Below, in pieces: positions 24,923 through 38,199 of a stretch of 64,000 bases of DNA. This DNA comes from Octopus vulgaris. Its lineage: Eukaryota. The stretch is from the NCBI GenBank assembly GCA_951406725.2, contig OX597816.1, forward strand, positions 15,438,001 through 15,502,000, written 5' to 3'. The translations under genes were made by a program, and so were the position numbers. The stretch's first letter is position 1; every line of letters begins with the position of its first letter. The notes under the pieces were generated by a model. It saw only the letters and a list, made by a program, of their open reading frames with translations. It did not search any database and was not told where the DNA came from.

Positions 24923-25769
24923 CGATCTAGAATTGAACCTAAAAGCCTCAGTTGCAAGATTCGAGACACGTGCACATCACACTCGAATCATGCAGTCTGT
25001 CTTGATTATCAACCAATCAGCTTGCAGTGACGTCATGCCTTTGAAGTTCTCCGCTTTTCTTAATATTTAAGCAGTTTCGCGTCAAGAATAAGAGCAGAAG
25101 TTTGAGACTGTCACTGGAAACACACATTCTCATTTCTCGCCACAAGCAAGATTTGTGAGAGATTTGTGAGAGCTATAGAAAACACACACAGCTCGCCTCT
25201 TCCCAGGCAACACGAAGTTTTCCTTCGCTGAATCCAGCTAGAAATGAAAGGAATTCTACTTCGTAATTGCAAACCAATTCTGTTCGACATCTCGAGTCTT
25301 ATTAGTCTCGATTTTAATCTCCTACTTTCTCTATCAGCTGTCATTAGAAGTTTATATTCACTTGTTCTCCTGTACAATAAATCTTGTAATAAAAATATGC
25401 AATTATGTCCGCGCCTGTTCATGTGTGCATAACACGCAGGCCAGCTTACACCAAACAATAACAGCACAGTCATGAACAAATCTCAGCAACCAACGATGAC
25501 AATATCTTTTCACTGCGTGAGAAAGTGTTCCCAGAGTCTGTCGTTCAGCTATTACATGCGTCTTACGAGGGAAATAGTTCAGTTAATAATAGAATTGACT
25601 GTCGATAATAGGAAAGTACCAGAGTGACTTTTTTAATAGGGAATTGTAAAGGAATTTCTTCTTTAATTGGGTCATAGTTAAGGCAAAATTTCAAGGACAG
25701 TTCTGTTTAATATTTTATGAAATTTTAAACATTGCAAAATAAAAGAAAAGGATTTTATATATGTATAAA

Positions 25770-26168
25770 TAAGTGGCTGTGTGGTAAGACGCTTGCTGCC
25801 CAATGACATTGTTCCGGGTTCAGTCTCACTGCGTGGCACCTTGGGCAATTGCCTTCTACTATAGCCTTGGGGTCGACCAAAGCCTCGTGAGTGGATTTGG
25901 TAGACGTAAACTAAAAGAAGTCCGTCGTATATATGTATGTGTGTGCGTGCGCGCGCGCGTATTTGTGTATCTTTGTTTGTTCCCACCCATTCACCATCGC
26001 TTGACAACCGATGTTAGTATATTTAGGTCCCCGTAACTTAGCGGTTCAGCAAAAGATACCGATTGAATAAGTACTAGGTTTACAAAGAATAAGTCCTGGA
26101 GTCGATTTGTTCGACTGAACGCGGTGCTCCAGCATGGCCACAGTCAAAATGACTGAAGCAAGTAAAAG
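25770..26168 (+). mobile_element. SINE family A
   Basis: Near full-length match. Confidence 0.85.
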
Positions 26169-26312
26169 AAAACAACGAATAAAAGAATATATAAGCGTAG
26201 AAATATCTGACTGTGGTTAGAAGCTCGTTTTGCAACCACGCGCCTTCCGTTTCAGTCCTAGTGTGCGGCACCTTGGGCAAGTGTCTTCTATAGCACTGGG
26301 CCAACACACACA

Positions 26313-26528
26313 CGAGGGGGTGCTGAAAAGTTGTTGTTTAGGTGTAAAGGAAAATACAGGCGGATCAGTTAATTATGATTTTATTCAACATATTCCCTTC
26401 TCAAATTCACATACTTATTACAGCGGTTCTTCAGTTTTTCTAAGCCCTGTCAAAGAACTTGGAAGGTAGGCCTCCAACCTGACCTTTCACGACACCCTTA
26501 AGGCCGGGAATTTATCAACAGCCCCTCG
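26313..26528 (-). mobile_element. Mariner-derived MITE (~215 bp)
   Basis: TIRs CGAGGGGGTGCTGAAAAGTT / AATTTATCAACAGCCCCTCG; homologous to the 30662 and 46482 copies. Confidence 0.75.
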
Positions 26529-26536
26529 TGTATATA

Positions 26537-26602
<66 letters not shown>

Positions 26603-26603
<1 letters not shown>

Positions 26604-26940
26604 GTGGGGGAGCATCATAGCCATGTGTTGAGAGGGATTCTTTGGGGTTTGAATAATTCACCTCTGGAAACATGGGTGTTTCGTTCAACATCCTTAAGCA
26701 ACCCTTATTCAGGGACCTTTTGAGCGGAATGGGTTACTCGACCAGAAGAAAATTCTAACTGGGCCCCACCTGCAAGGTCATTCGCTATTTATCTTGATAT
26801 GAGATCACCATGTCACACACATATGGTTGTGATGCATGTGCCTTGTGTACACATATCAGACGGATATTCATGATGGGTATACTGGGCTTCGTATATTTTA
26901 TCCCAGCGTCACTTTGATGGCATGTACTGTTCTCTCACTC

Positions 26941-27010
<70 letters not shown>

Positions 27011-27455
27011 GCCCTGATGCAGTACCAGACAGTAGGTCACATGGCTTCTGATCTTAACTAATTGGAAGTGATATCGTGTACATTGCTTTGTCTTGGTATA
27101 AAAGATAGGGTACAGTAAATATTATGCTCGTATTGAGCATAATATTTACAGATTTGCTTGTCCGTTGTTTGACCTTAACCAGTTGAGCATGTCTCTCAGT
27201 GGCTGACGATATGTGCATCTCTATTCATGAACAGAAGTAGTGGGGGAGCATCATAGCCATGTGTGGAAAGGAATTCTTTGGGGTTTGGATAATTCACCTT
27301 TGGAAACATGGGTATTTTGTTCAACATCCTTAAATAACCCTTATTCAGGGACCTTTTGAGTGGGACGAGCTACCCAACCTGAAGGAAATTCTTACTGGGC
27401 CCTACCTGCAAGGTCATGCGCTGTTTATCTTGATATGAGATCATCATGTCGCGCA
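26603..27455. mobile_element. Two partial copies of an unclassified repeat separated by (AAT)n
   Basis: 26603-26820 aligns with 27240-27455; (AAT)n at 26541-26602 and 26941-27008. Confidence 0.7.
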
Positions 27456-27933
27456 CAATTACTCTTATGTAGGGGTTGCCTGATATATTGGAATTCCTTT
27501 AGAGGGTTCCCTGTTTTGAGAAATATCATCCTGGTAACCATGTCTTGTTTTAAAAATAAGATGAAATTAAATTAAAGGAAGGTATTGGTTGATGGGCGGA
27601 GGCGCAATGGCCCAGTTGTTAGCGCAGCGGACTCGCGATCCCAGGATCGTGGTTTCGATTCCCAGACCGGGTGTTGTGTGTGTTTATTGAGCGAAAACAC
27701 CTAAAAGCTTCACGAAGCTCTGGCAGTGGATGGTGGTGACCCCTGTTGTACTCTTTCACAACAACTTTCTCTCACTCTCTCTCTTCCAGTTTCTTGAGTA
27801 ACTGGCAGAACGAAAATGGTGGAAAAAAAATTGGTTGATGGAGATGAGTGAATAGATTAATAGACAAACAAACACAGAAATATATATTTAAAAAAAGGTG
27901 TGAAAGGGTGTGGATCTCAACAATTGTAAACGA

Positions 27934-28161
27934 CTCGAGCTGGCAGAAGCGTTAGCGCGCTGGGCGAAATGCTTAGCGGTATTTCGTCTGTCGTTACGTT
28001 CTGAGTTCAAATTCCGCCGAGGTCGACTTTGCCTTTCATCCTTTCGGGGTCGATAAATTAAGTACCAGTTACGCACTGGGGTTGATGTAATCGACTTAAT
28101 ACCTATGTCTGTCCTTGTTTGTCCCCCTCTATGTTTAGCCCCTTGTGGGCAGTAAAGAAAT
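27934..28161 (+). mobile_element. SINE family B monomer
   Basis: Matches 2685-2912. Confidence 0.85.
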
Positions 28162-28239
28162 ATATATATATATTTTTAAAAAATGGCTTTGGCGCGATTG
28201 GATTGTCTTTCACCATGGGTCTGTTGTCGTATCAGAAGT

Positions 28240-29290
28240 GACCTAGGGTTAACAAAAACGATAGCAGCAACAACATCAACACCAAAAACAATAATAATAA
28301 ACGCAGTAGCAACGAGAGCAGCACCATAACCAATTGCAAGGACAATACACGAACAAGAAGAAAGACAACAGCAATAAGAAGAATAACAAGAGCAACAGCT
28401 GCAGTGAGACACAAGTGACTGAAAGAAAAACTACAGCAACACAACAGCAGCAGACAATTATAGCAAGTGCAGCTGTAGGAACAACTGCAGCAGCAACAGC
28501 AGATGAGCAACAGCAGCAGCAAGGGGGAAAAGCGTAGCAACAGTAAGGTGTATATAACGACAGCAACATTAGTAAGAGCAACATTAAGTGAAGCAGTAGA
28601 CAACAGCAGGAACGGATGCAGCACTAACAACAGCAGCAACAAAATATACAGCAACAGTAGACGCTACAGTAACAACAGCAGCAGTAGCAGCTGCCGCAGC
28701 AAGAACACATCAGTAGCAGAAACAGTAACCACAACAGCAACAGCAACAGTTGCAGTAGCAGAGGCAGCAAAAGGAACAGCAGCAACGCAACAACATCAAC
28801 AGCAGCAAGAACGGCAACAGCATCAGAAGCAGCAGCAACAGCAGCAACAGCAGCAACAACGCAACACAACAGCAGCAACAACGGCAAAAACATAGAAGCA
28901 GCAGCAGAGGCAGCAACAGGAACAGCAACAACATCAACAGCAGCAGCAGTAACAGCAGCAGCAGCAGCAGAGATGGCAGCAACAACAAATACAATAAACG
29001 GAAGCGGTGGCAACAGCAACAGTGGCAGAAGCAGCAGCAGCAGCAACAGCAGCAACAGCTACAACAACAGCAACAATAACAAGAGAGGCAGCAGCAACAA
29101 CCGTAGCATCACAAAAATAATAAAAGAAAGAAAACATCATCTAGAACAACAACTGTAATAACAGCAAGAACGATAACGACAACAACAGCAATAACATCAA
29201 CAACTTCAGCAGCAACATCACTATCACCACTACCACCACCACCACTACCAACAACAACAACAACAGCAACAGCAGCAGCCAATAAATCAT
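28240..29290. repeat. ~1 kb degenerate (CAG/CAA)-rich low-complexity tract
   Basis: Continuous AGC/AAC triplet richness; stops break the frames. Confidence 0.9.
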
Positions 29291-29939
29291 CAATGTGAAA
29301 CTGACAACATTTCCTATAGGATAAACAATCTTTTTGAAAGATAAGCCAGCTTCATCACTTCTCCAAGAGTCGGAACTGTCTCCACACAAGAACATACATT
29401 GATAACACTGTTTCACTTTGATTTTAGTGTATTGAATATAAAGTCGATCACGTAATCAAAATACAACAAATTACGTCATTTCGACATTGAGGTGGCGATG
29501 GTGATGGCGCGATATTATCAGAATCAGAATGGGTGCATGTTTCTGTAACGGTGCCAAACCTTAACTCTAACAGATATTAATAATGATCACACACTATCGA
29601 TAAAGTCATATAACTGCAGAGTTGTGCGCCAAGGAGCTGTCCTGTAATCATTACTATATAATCTTTTATGTTTTAGTTATTGGACTGTGGCTACGGACGG
29701 ATAACACGCTGAAGGGTTTTTGGCGATCGTATCGACGACAATACTTATTTTTAAGTCTGTTGTTTATAAAGATCTCTGTACATCGCACAGCTATCTTACT
29801 GTATACGGGCGTCGATTTCAAACGTATCGAAGTACATACGCATACATAAATATATGTAAATAGATATAGATACATAGATATGCAAATACAATACAGATAG
29901 ATAAATGCATATTTATATAACATGATACAATGTATATCA

Positions 29940-30550
29940 TTATTCAGTTTATTTCAAGATTTCTTGCCAATAGAGAAAGAACCGGTTTCTAACCTAGATC
30001 CAAAGTTCCTTCAGTGGAATTTCAACATCAATAACTAGGTATTTTTGTATGTATGTATGTATGTATGTATGTATGTATGTATGTATGTATGTATGTATGT
30101 ATGTATGTATGTATGTATGTATGTATGTATGTATGTATGTATGTATGTATGTATGTATGTATGTATGTATGTATGTATGTATGTATGTATGTAGGTATGT
30201 ATGTATGTATGTATGTATGTATGTAGGTAGGTAGGTAGGTAGGTAGGTAGGTAGGTAGGTAGGTAGGTAGGTAGGTATGCATGTTTGTGCAGATTTGTAT
30301 GTTTTATGTATTGTTCTCATGCATATAGTTGCATATCTAAACATGTTCATATGTATTTAAATGATAAACTTTTGGAAAGTTTTACAGATTTTTACAGTTC
30401 CGGTGATTGGATCTGTTGTCTTCGAATTAGCTTACTCTTTTCTGGTTTTGAGAAGCCTAATTTCTCAAGCTTAGTATTTAGGCAGTGTGTTACATATCCA
30501 AGGGCCCCAATAATTACAGGTATAAACCTGAACTTGTAATCTGGACAGAG
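29940..30550 (-). mobile_element. R4/Dong-like LINE 3' end with complete 3' UTR and internal (TATG)n
   Basis: 30355-30548 is a reverse-complement homologue of 5035-5225; UTR 29940-30047 is shared with 13920-14022 and 16560-16655. Confidence 0.8.
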
Positions 30551-30661
30551 TAATGTGTGTATGTATGTATGTATGTATGTATGTATGTATGTATGTATGT
30601 ATGTATGTATGTATGTATGTATGTTTGTATGTGTACGTATGTATGTATATATGCATGTATA

Positions 30662-30875
30662 CGAGGGGTGGTGAAACGTTCCTGTCTTTGAGTAAAAGAA
30701 AATACAGGAGGATCAGTTAATTATGATTTTAGAGAACATATCCCCCTCTCAGATTCACGCACTTATCGCCGTAGTCCTTCAGTTTTCTAAGCCCTGTGAA
30801 AAAATTCAGGTTAGGCCACCGTCCAGGTATTTCGCGACACCCTTAAAGCCAGGAACTTTTCAGCCCCTGCTCTCA
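30662..30875 (-). mobile_element. Mariner-derived MITE, copy 2
   Basis: TA-CGAGGGGTGGTGAAA start; same internal sequence as 26313-26528. Confidence 0.75.
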
Positions 30876-31141
30876 TATGTATATATATATATAAAATGTG
30901 TTTGTGTGTATTTTGTGCGTACATATAGTTGTACGTCTGCTGCAGTTAAGTTTAGAGTCCACACATATTATTATCGTCCAGCCTGCTACCAGAATAGTGG
31001 TTAAGTTATTACTATACTTGGTAGTATTACTATTTACAATAAATAGAGCAAATGCTGAAGAAACGTACGTAGGAACAAATGACGTAAATTGTGTTTATCG
31101 TAATTTTTCGTGCGTTTGTTCTGTATGTGTGCGCATGTGTG

Positions 31142-31173
<32 letters not shown>

Positions 31174-31923
31174 CATACATACATTTGATGTAAATACAAT
31201 GAACAGTAAATAAAACTACACAGGGGGTTTAATAAACAATGTATTTAGCGCATAAATAAAAAGCGAAAGTGCCTTGATGTTTCGGACATTAGTCCTTTAT
31301 CAGGAAAAACAGAGAAGCATGGAGACAGAGAAATAGTCAGTGAGAGAGACAGAGAGGGTGAGAGAGAGTGCGTGTGTGCGTGTATGTGTGAGAGAAAGCG
31401 AGTGCGTGTGGGTGGGTGTATGTCAGAGAAAGAGATAGGGGAAAAGAGAGAAAGAGAGGGTGAGAGAGAGAAATTTCCCACAACTTCACTCTCACAAGGG
31501 ATAAGTCAACCGAAAGTTATTGCAGAATATTCTGAAACCGAACCTGAAAATACTTGATTGCGAAGAGAACATTTTGAACCACATAGCTATACCTGCGCTT
31601 ATATATTTGAAATAATTTTTACGAGTATTATATCTTTGGTTGCTATTATAGTCATCAATATTAATGTGGCCGATTTCCCTCTGCGGCAGCTTGCAGAGCT
31701 CTGTGCCGACAAACAACAGAAACCAGACTTTGATGATGATATTTATCAGGCCTTTCACAGATCTGATCTTTTAACTTCTCACTGTTTGTGTTAGAAGTGA
31801 ATTCCATGTGTATAAGAACTTGTGTGGATTCGTCTGTGTTTTAATCTTTAATTTTACTAATTCATAGATTAGATACGCAACTTTATTAAATACTTCCTCA
31901 AGTTTTCAATACCCAAATGGTAG

Positions 31924-31981
<58 letters not shown>

Positions 31982-32610
31982 CATTGGGTGAGAAAGCCGG
32001 TACAGACACCGCAAGAAATTTCGATAATTGCTCTATCAGTTTTGTCTGTCCACAACTATAGACAAGCATCTTTTTGATTATTTTTTTATCAACCCCCGAC
32101 ATCAGGGCCAGATTCAAATCCATAGAAACCCTAAGCATTCAAAAGATTTTGGCGCTTCCATATATATGTAAATCAAAATATAAACAATGATAAATCATAA
32201 AATAAATTTTCATTATTCAACATGCAACAAAACTGACAATGAGATGGAAAATAATGTTTATTTTTGTATTTTTCCACTTTATTTATATCTGAAAAGTTTT
32301 CTCATACTCTTAATGGTAAAGACTTTGATCAGATCCTCACTATGACACTAGGAACACTTCAAAATTATTTTCCCGATCATATAAACCACTTCGAATATCC
32401 TTTTAGCAAGTTTCAAATGATTTTCTCTAGTGCTGTAAACCATTTACTATTTCTGTGGTGCCCCATTTTCCTTGATGCCTCAAAACACGAGCTTATTTTG
32501 CGTAATGGTTAATCCAGCGCTGCCCGATATGATGAAATGCAATAATGATCTCTCACAGGGATTTGAACTCGGCTTAGAGAACCAGAACATATACCGAGTG
32601 TTATTCTATC

Positions 32611-33023
32611 CTATTTCTTTACTACCCACAAGGGGCTAAACACCTAGGGGACAAACAAGGACAGACAGACGGATTAAGTCGATTACATCGACCCCAGTGT
32701 GTAACTGGTACTTATCTAATCGACCCCGAAAGGATGAAAGGCAAAGTCGACCTCGGCGGAATTTGAACTCAGAACGTAGCGGCAGACGAAATACCTTTTT
32801 TTTTTATTACCCACAAGGGGCTAAACATAGAGGGGACAAACAAGGACGGACAAGCGGATTAAGTCGATTAGATCGATACCAGTGCGTAACTGGTACTTAT
32901 TTAATCGACCCCGAAAGGATGAAAGGCAAAGTCGACCTCGGCGGAATTTGAACTCAGAACGTAGCGGCAGACGAAATACCGCTAAGCATTTCGCCCGGCG
33001 TGCTAACGTTTCTGCCAGCTCGC
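32611..33023 (-). mobile_element. SINE family B dimer with TSD
   Basis: Perfect 15 bp TSD TGTTATTCTATCCTA at 32599-32613 and 33024-33038. Confidence 0.9.
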
Positions 33024-33838
33024 TGTTATTCTATCCTACAACACTAATGACTCTGCCAATTCGTCACTTTAAACAACAACAACAACGGGCAACAACAACA
33101 ACAAGGAAATCTCATTGAGACTCCAATCTCAAACAACAACAATACAAAAGCGAAGTAAAAGCTACGAACAGTGTCGACAACCAATAAACAATTCCATCGT
33201 CTTTCTTTTTACTCTTCTGTCGAAGAGCAACAGACGTTGCTCGGAGACATCAGACTCTCTACTCTTCACTGCAATTGAACTAGCTTTTGTGATTTAGTCT
33301 TGGCGACGTAGACATTGACCAGTTTCCTCGGATTTCGGACTTCACTCTTTGAATAGTGATGTTTTTTTTTTCTTTTCAAGATGTGTGTTGCAAAGCTGAA
33401 AGCACTGATAGCTCGGAGACTTTGAGAAAGTTATGAATTAAGTTAGAGCAAAGTCAACAGGATTTATTTCTTGGCAAAACAATGATTTTTTCTCAATTCG
33501 TAGAATAATTCTTACTAAGCCAGGATCCTTCTCCACTGCAAATCTCTATACAGATCTGGAAATATTTAACTTACCAAAAGATATGGTACTTCCCGATAAT
33601 TCATCTACAGCGTATAACATATGGCTAAATGATATTTTTTCATATTTCATCTTGTATTTGTTTCGGTCATTAGACGATGGCCATGCTGGAGCACCGCCTT
33701 GACAAGTTTTGGGGCGAATGAATCCCAATACATTTTTCAAGCCTGATATTTATTCCGTTGCTTTCTTTTGTGGAACTGTTAAGTTACGGGGACATAAACA
33801 CACCAACACCGATTGTCAAGTGGTGGCAGGGGACAAAC

Positions 33839-33896
<58 letters not shown>

Positions 33897-33954
33897 ACAC
33901 ACAAACGGAAAGGAAAAAGGAAACAAATGAAGCGAAAAATGATTCTGCACTTGC

Positions 33955-34600
33955 AATATTGGTTTTAAATTTTGGCGCAAAGCCAGCATTTTGGGGGAGC
34001 GTGGTAAGTGGATTACATCGACCCCAGTGCTCAACTGGTACTTGTTTTGTCGACCCTGAAAAGATGAAAGGTAAGGTCAACCTCAACGGAATTTGAACAC
34101 AGAACGTAGTGACGGACAAAATGCCTCCAAGCATCTTGCTCAGCGTGCTTATGATTCTGCCAGCTCGCCGCCCTGTTTGACACAATAATATTGCGCCTTA
34201 TCCACACGTAATATTACTGTGGTGAACGGCGGTGGACTGGAAAAATCGTTAGCACATCGGGCACAAAGCTTAGCGGTATTTCGTCTGCCGCTACGTTCTG
34301 AGTTCAAATTCCGCCGAAGTCGACTTTGCCTTTTATCTTTTCGGGGTCGATAAATTAAGTACCAGTTACGCACTGGGTCGATATAATCGACTTAATCCGT
34401 TGCCTGTCCTTGTTTGTCTTCTGTGTTTAGCCCCTTGTGGGTTGTAAAGAAATAGGTATTTCGTCCGTCTTTACGTTCTGAGTTCACATTCCGCTGAATT
34501 CGGTGTCGATAAAATAAGTATCAGTCGAGTACTGGGGTTGATGCAATCAACTTACCCACTCACCTGCAATTATTGGCCTTGTGCCAAAATATGAGACCAA
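33955..34600. mobile_element. Head-to-head pair of SINE B copies (33955-34172 minus; 34226-34600 plus, with a second partial body)
   Basis: Sequence similarity to family B; junction at 34455. Confidence 0.8.
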
Positions 34601-35599
34601 TATTACAACTACGGGTACATTTTTTTTTTTTTTCTTTCCAGTGCAAATCATGACTGACTCGAGCTTGTTGCAATCGACCTGTCACGCTTGCATGCGGCCA
34701 AGAAACACTACTGCTTCTTAGGTTTCTCACTCCTGTGAGCCCACGGAAGGAAAAGTCGAAATTGAGGACAGTCGCGATTCGTTCGTCGCTCGTGCACCTG
34801 CGTACTTTGTTGAACTACTGTCGGTTTTTGTGGGAATTGGGGGCTTGGTGTTCCCCTACTGATATGTGTATATATCTTCGTCATCAGAGGGGCTGTGAAA
34901 TGGAGAGCAAGGAGGAAGAAGCGTAACAGGTGGCTATATTCGGTAAGCCAGCAAGATGGCAGCTACCGTGACGTAAATATATGTCCGTATATATGCATGG
35001 GCAAGTATGTATGTATGTATGTATGTATGTATGTATGTATGTATGCATGTATGCATGCATGCATGCATGTATGTATGTATGTATGTATGTTGAATGTATG
35101 TATGTATGTATTATGTGAGTATGTATCTTCGTATATATGTGTGTATGAATCAACGTATGTATGTAAGTCTGTGTGTGCGTGTGTGTTTGTGAGTATGAAT
35201 ATACATATATATGTGTGTGTGTGCGTGCGTGTATGTGTGTGTGTGTGTGTGTGTTTGTGTGTGTGCATAAATCTACATACGTACGTATGTATAATTCTTT
35301 TAGGATTTATTTAATCTTTTGTTTGTCCTCTATAGACTTGAATCACTAACCAGGTGACAAGCCTCTATTGCAGCAGGAACCACTGCAATAGAGGCTTGCC
35401 CCTAAAAGAATTATACAACTACGTATGTAGATTCATGCACACACATATATATATACGTATATTCATACTCACATACAAACACACACACATACAAACAAAT
35501 ACACACACACGCATACGTACATATAGCGACCGGCTTGAACACTCAAGAAGAACTTAAATAAAGCTCAAAGAAACAATCACACACATACACACTCCTGCG

Positions 35600-35704
<105 letters not shown>

Positions 35705-35926
35705 ATATATATATACGCAGAATTTGAAAACGTATATTGTTGTTAAATGCTCGAAATACGAGAGTAGATAAACAGCCAACAACTGATGAAGGGTCATTCT
35801 TTGTGTTGTTTGGCTTGTTTTCCATTTGTGTCTTTCGTTGTTAGAAAATGATAGTTCATATTCCATGTACTCGTACTTCGTAGTTTTTGTTGTACACGTT
35901 TCGTGACGTCCTGTGCCCACATATGC

Positions 35927-35957
<31 letters not shown>

Positions 35958-36035
35958 TAATCCAAACAAGAAAACAAAAAAGACAACAACGCAAAGAGGT
36001 GGAACAATTAAAGTATTATTAGGCGCTCAGAAAAA

Positions 36036-36081
<46 letters not shown>

Positions 36082-36305
36082 TGTATATATATTATTTATA
36101 AGCGTGTGTATGTGTGTGTGTGTGTGTGTGAGTGTGTATAGGCGCGGGAGTGGCTGTGAAGTAAGTAGCTTGCTTTCCAACCACATAGTTCCGGGTTCAG
36201 TCCCACTGCGTGACACCTAGGGCAAGTGTTTTCCACTATAACCTTGGGCTGACCAAAGCTGTGTGAACGGATTTGGTAGACGGAAACTGAAAGAAGCCCG
36301 TCGTA

Positions 36306-36394
<89 letters not shown>

Positions 36395-36529
36395 GCATGT
36401 GTGTGTGCTCAACTGTTACTATATCATCGACCCCGAAAGATTCAAAAGGCAAAGTCAAACTCGGTGGAATTTGAACTCAGAACACAAAGACAGACGATAT
36501 GGCCCAAAGCAATTTGCCCGGCATACTAA

Positions 36530-36549
36530 ATAATAATAATAATAATAAT

Positions 36550-36599
<50 letters not shown>

Positions 36600-36621
36600 C
36601 AATAATAATAATAATAATAAC

Positions 36622-36672
<51 letters not shown>
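36530..36672. repeat. (AAT)n microsatellite
   Basis: Directly visible; also 10327-10425, 31926-31980, 57853-57904. Confidence 0.95.
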
Positions 36673-36686
36673 CCTTTCTACTACAG

Positions 36687-37006
36687 CAGAGGTTCTCAAA
36701 CTTTTTGGGCCACCGTCCCTCTCATGGCCGCATAATACCCTCAGCGCCCACCCCTATTTTTATGTATAAATAAATATTCTATATTTTACTAATTTATATA
36801 TTCTATGAATCATTTGATATTATATTATAATATTATATCATTTCTATACAATACTATAATAATATTATAAATTCATAGCGGCCCCCATTCCACCGTCTTC
36901 CTCCCAATGCCTCCTTTTTCTCTACCGCCCCCCTTAGACACCAGCTCCCACCTGGACCCTCTCAACGCCTACCGCAGGGCGGTAGCGTCCACTTTGAGAA
37001 CTTATG
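36687..37006. mobile_element. hAT-type MITE
   Basis: Ends CAGAGGTTCTCAAA / TTTGAGAACTTATG; 8 bp TSD TACTACAG (36679-86) vs TGCTACAG (37007-14). Confidence 0.75.
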
Positions 37007-37140
37007 TGCTACAGGCACAAAGTCTGGAATTTTGAGAAAAAGGAATAGCATCCACTCTAGTGCTTGATAGATACTTATTTTATCGACCTCGAAAGGTTGA
37101 AAAGCAAAGGCGACCAATAATAACGAGCTTATTGCATATA

Positions 37141-37736
37141 CGATGATGAATCAAAAAGTAATGCCATTTTGTTTTGGATAGGTATAATTACCAACACAGG
37201 AACATGTGTCATACATGTTCCTGTGTTGGTAATTATACCTGTCCAAAATGAAGCTGGTCCTCTGTGGGTCATATTCCTACTTCTCAACATAGTCACCGTT
37301 TCTCTAATAGCAATGTTCCACCTTCGAATGAGAGCATGTATCCCAGCCCCGTAAAATTCTGCTGACTGTTCTTTGAGCCACTTCTTCACTACAGTTTTCA
37401 CTTCCTCGTCACTGGAATAATGTTTGCCTCTCAAACCCTCTTTCATGGGGCCAAAGAGATGATAGTCTGAAGGCGCTAAATTATTCCAGTGACGAGGAAA
37501 TGAAAACTGTAGTGAAGAAGTGGCTCAAAGAACAGTCAACAGAATTTTACGGGGCAGGGATACATGCTCTCTCATTCGAAGGTGGAACATTGCTATTGAG
37601 AGAAACGGTGACTATGTTGAGAAGTAGGGATGCGATCCACAGAGGACCAGCGTTATTTTGATGCATGACACATGTTCCTATGTTGGTAATTATACCTGTC
37701 CTAAACAAAATGGCATTAATTTTTGCCTCACCTTCG
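37141..37736. mobile_element. Palindromic mariner derivative (two inverted transposase 3' ends), TA TSD
   Basis: Minus strand LAPSDYHLFGPMKEGLRGKHYSSDEEVKTVVKKWL is a mariner C-terminus; the right half 37480-37736 is the reverse complement of the left; TA at 37139-40 and 37737-38. Confidence 0.9.
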
Positions 37737-38199
37737 TAGTACTCAGATGCACTATAATTCAACGGAAAAGGTAAAACAGGGGACAAAATGCAACAGTTAG
37801 CAATGAAAGCCAAATGTATATGTACTGTCCGTGCCCACAGAGAAAAGCGCAAAAGACAGAAACGTGGGCAGTGAAAGAACCATAAAGAGTAAAAAATGCA
37901 TGAAACATTAGGAGTTGTTTTGGTGAATTTGGGGAAGCAATGAACATTTGCAGGATGCAGTGTTGTGAAAACTGAGAGCTGATGCCCGTCGTTTATTCCA
38001 TGCTTCACAAATGTTTCCGGAAATCATGGGCGGTGCACTTTTTGAAAAAAAATTATTTTATAAGCATTAGGCGCAGACATAGCTGTTTGGTAAGAAGCTT
38101 GCTTCCCAACCACATGGTACCTTCTTGTTGTTCCTACACCTGTCTTCGTCTTTTGTTTTCTGTAAATTTGAACTACACACACATACACACACACACATT

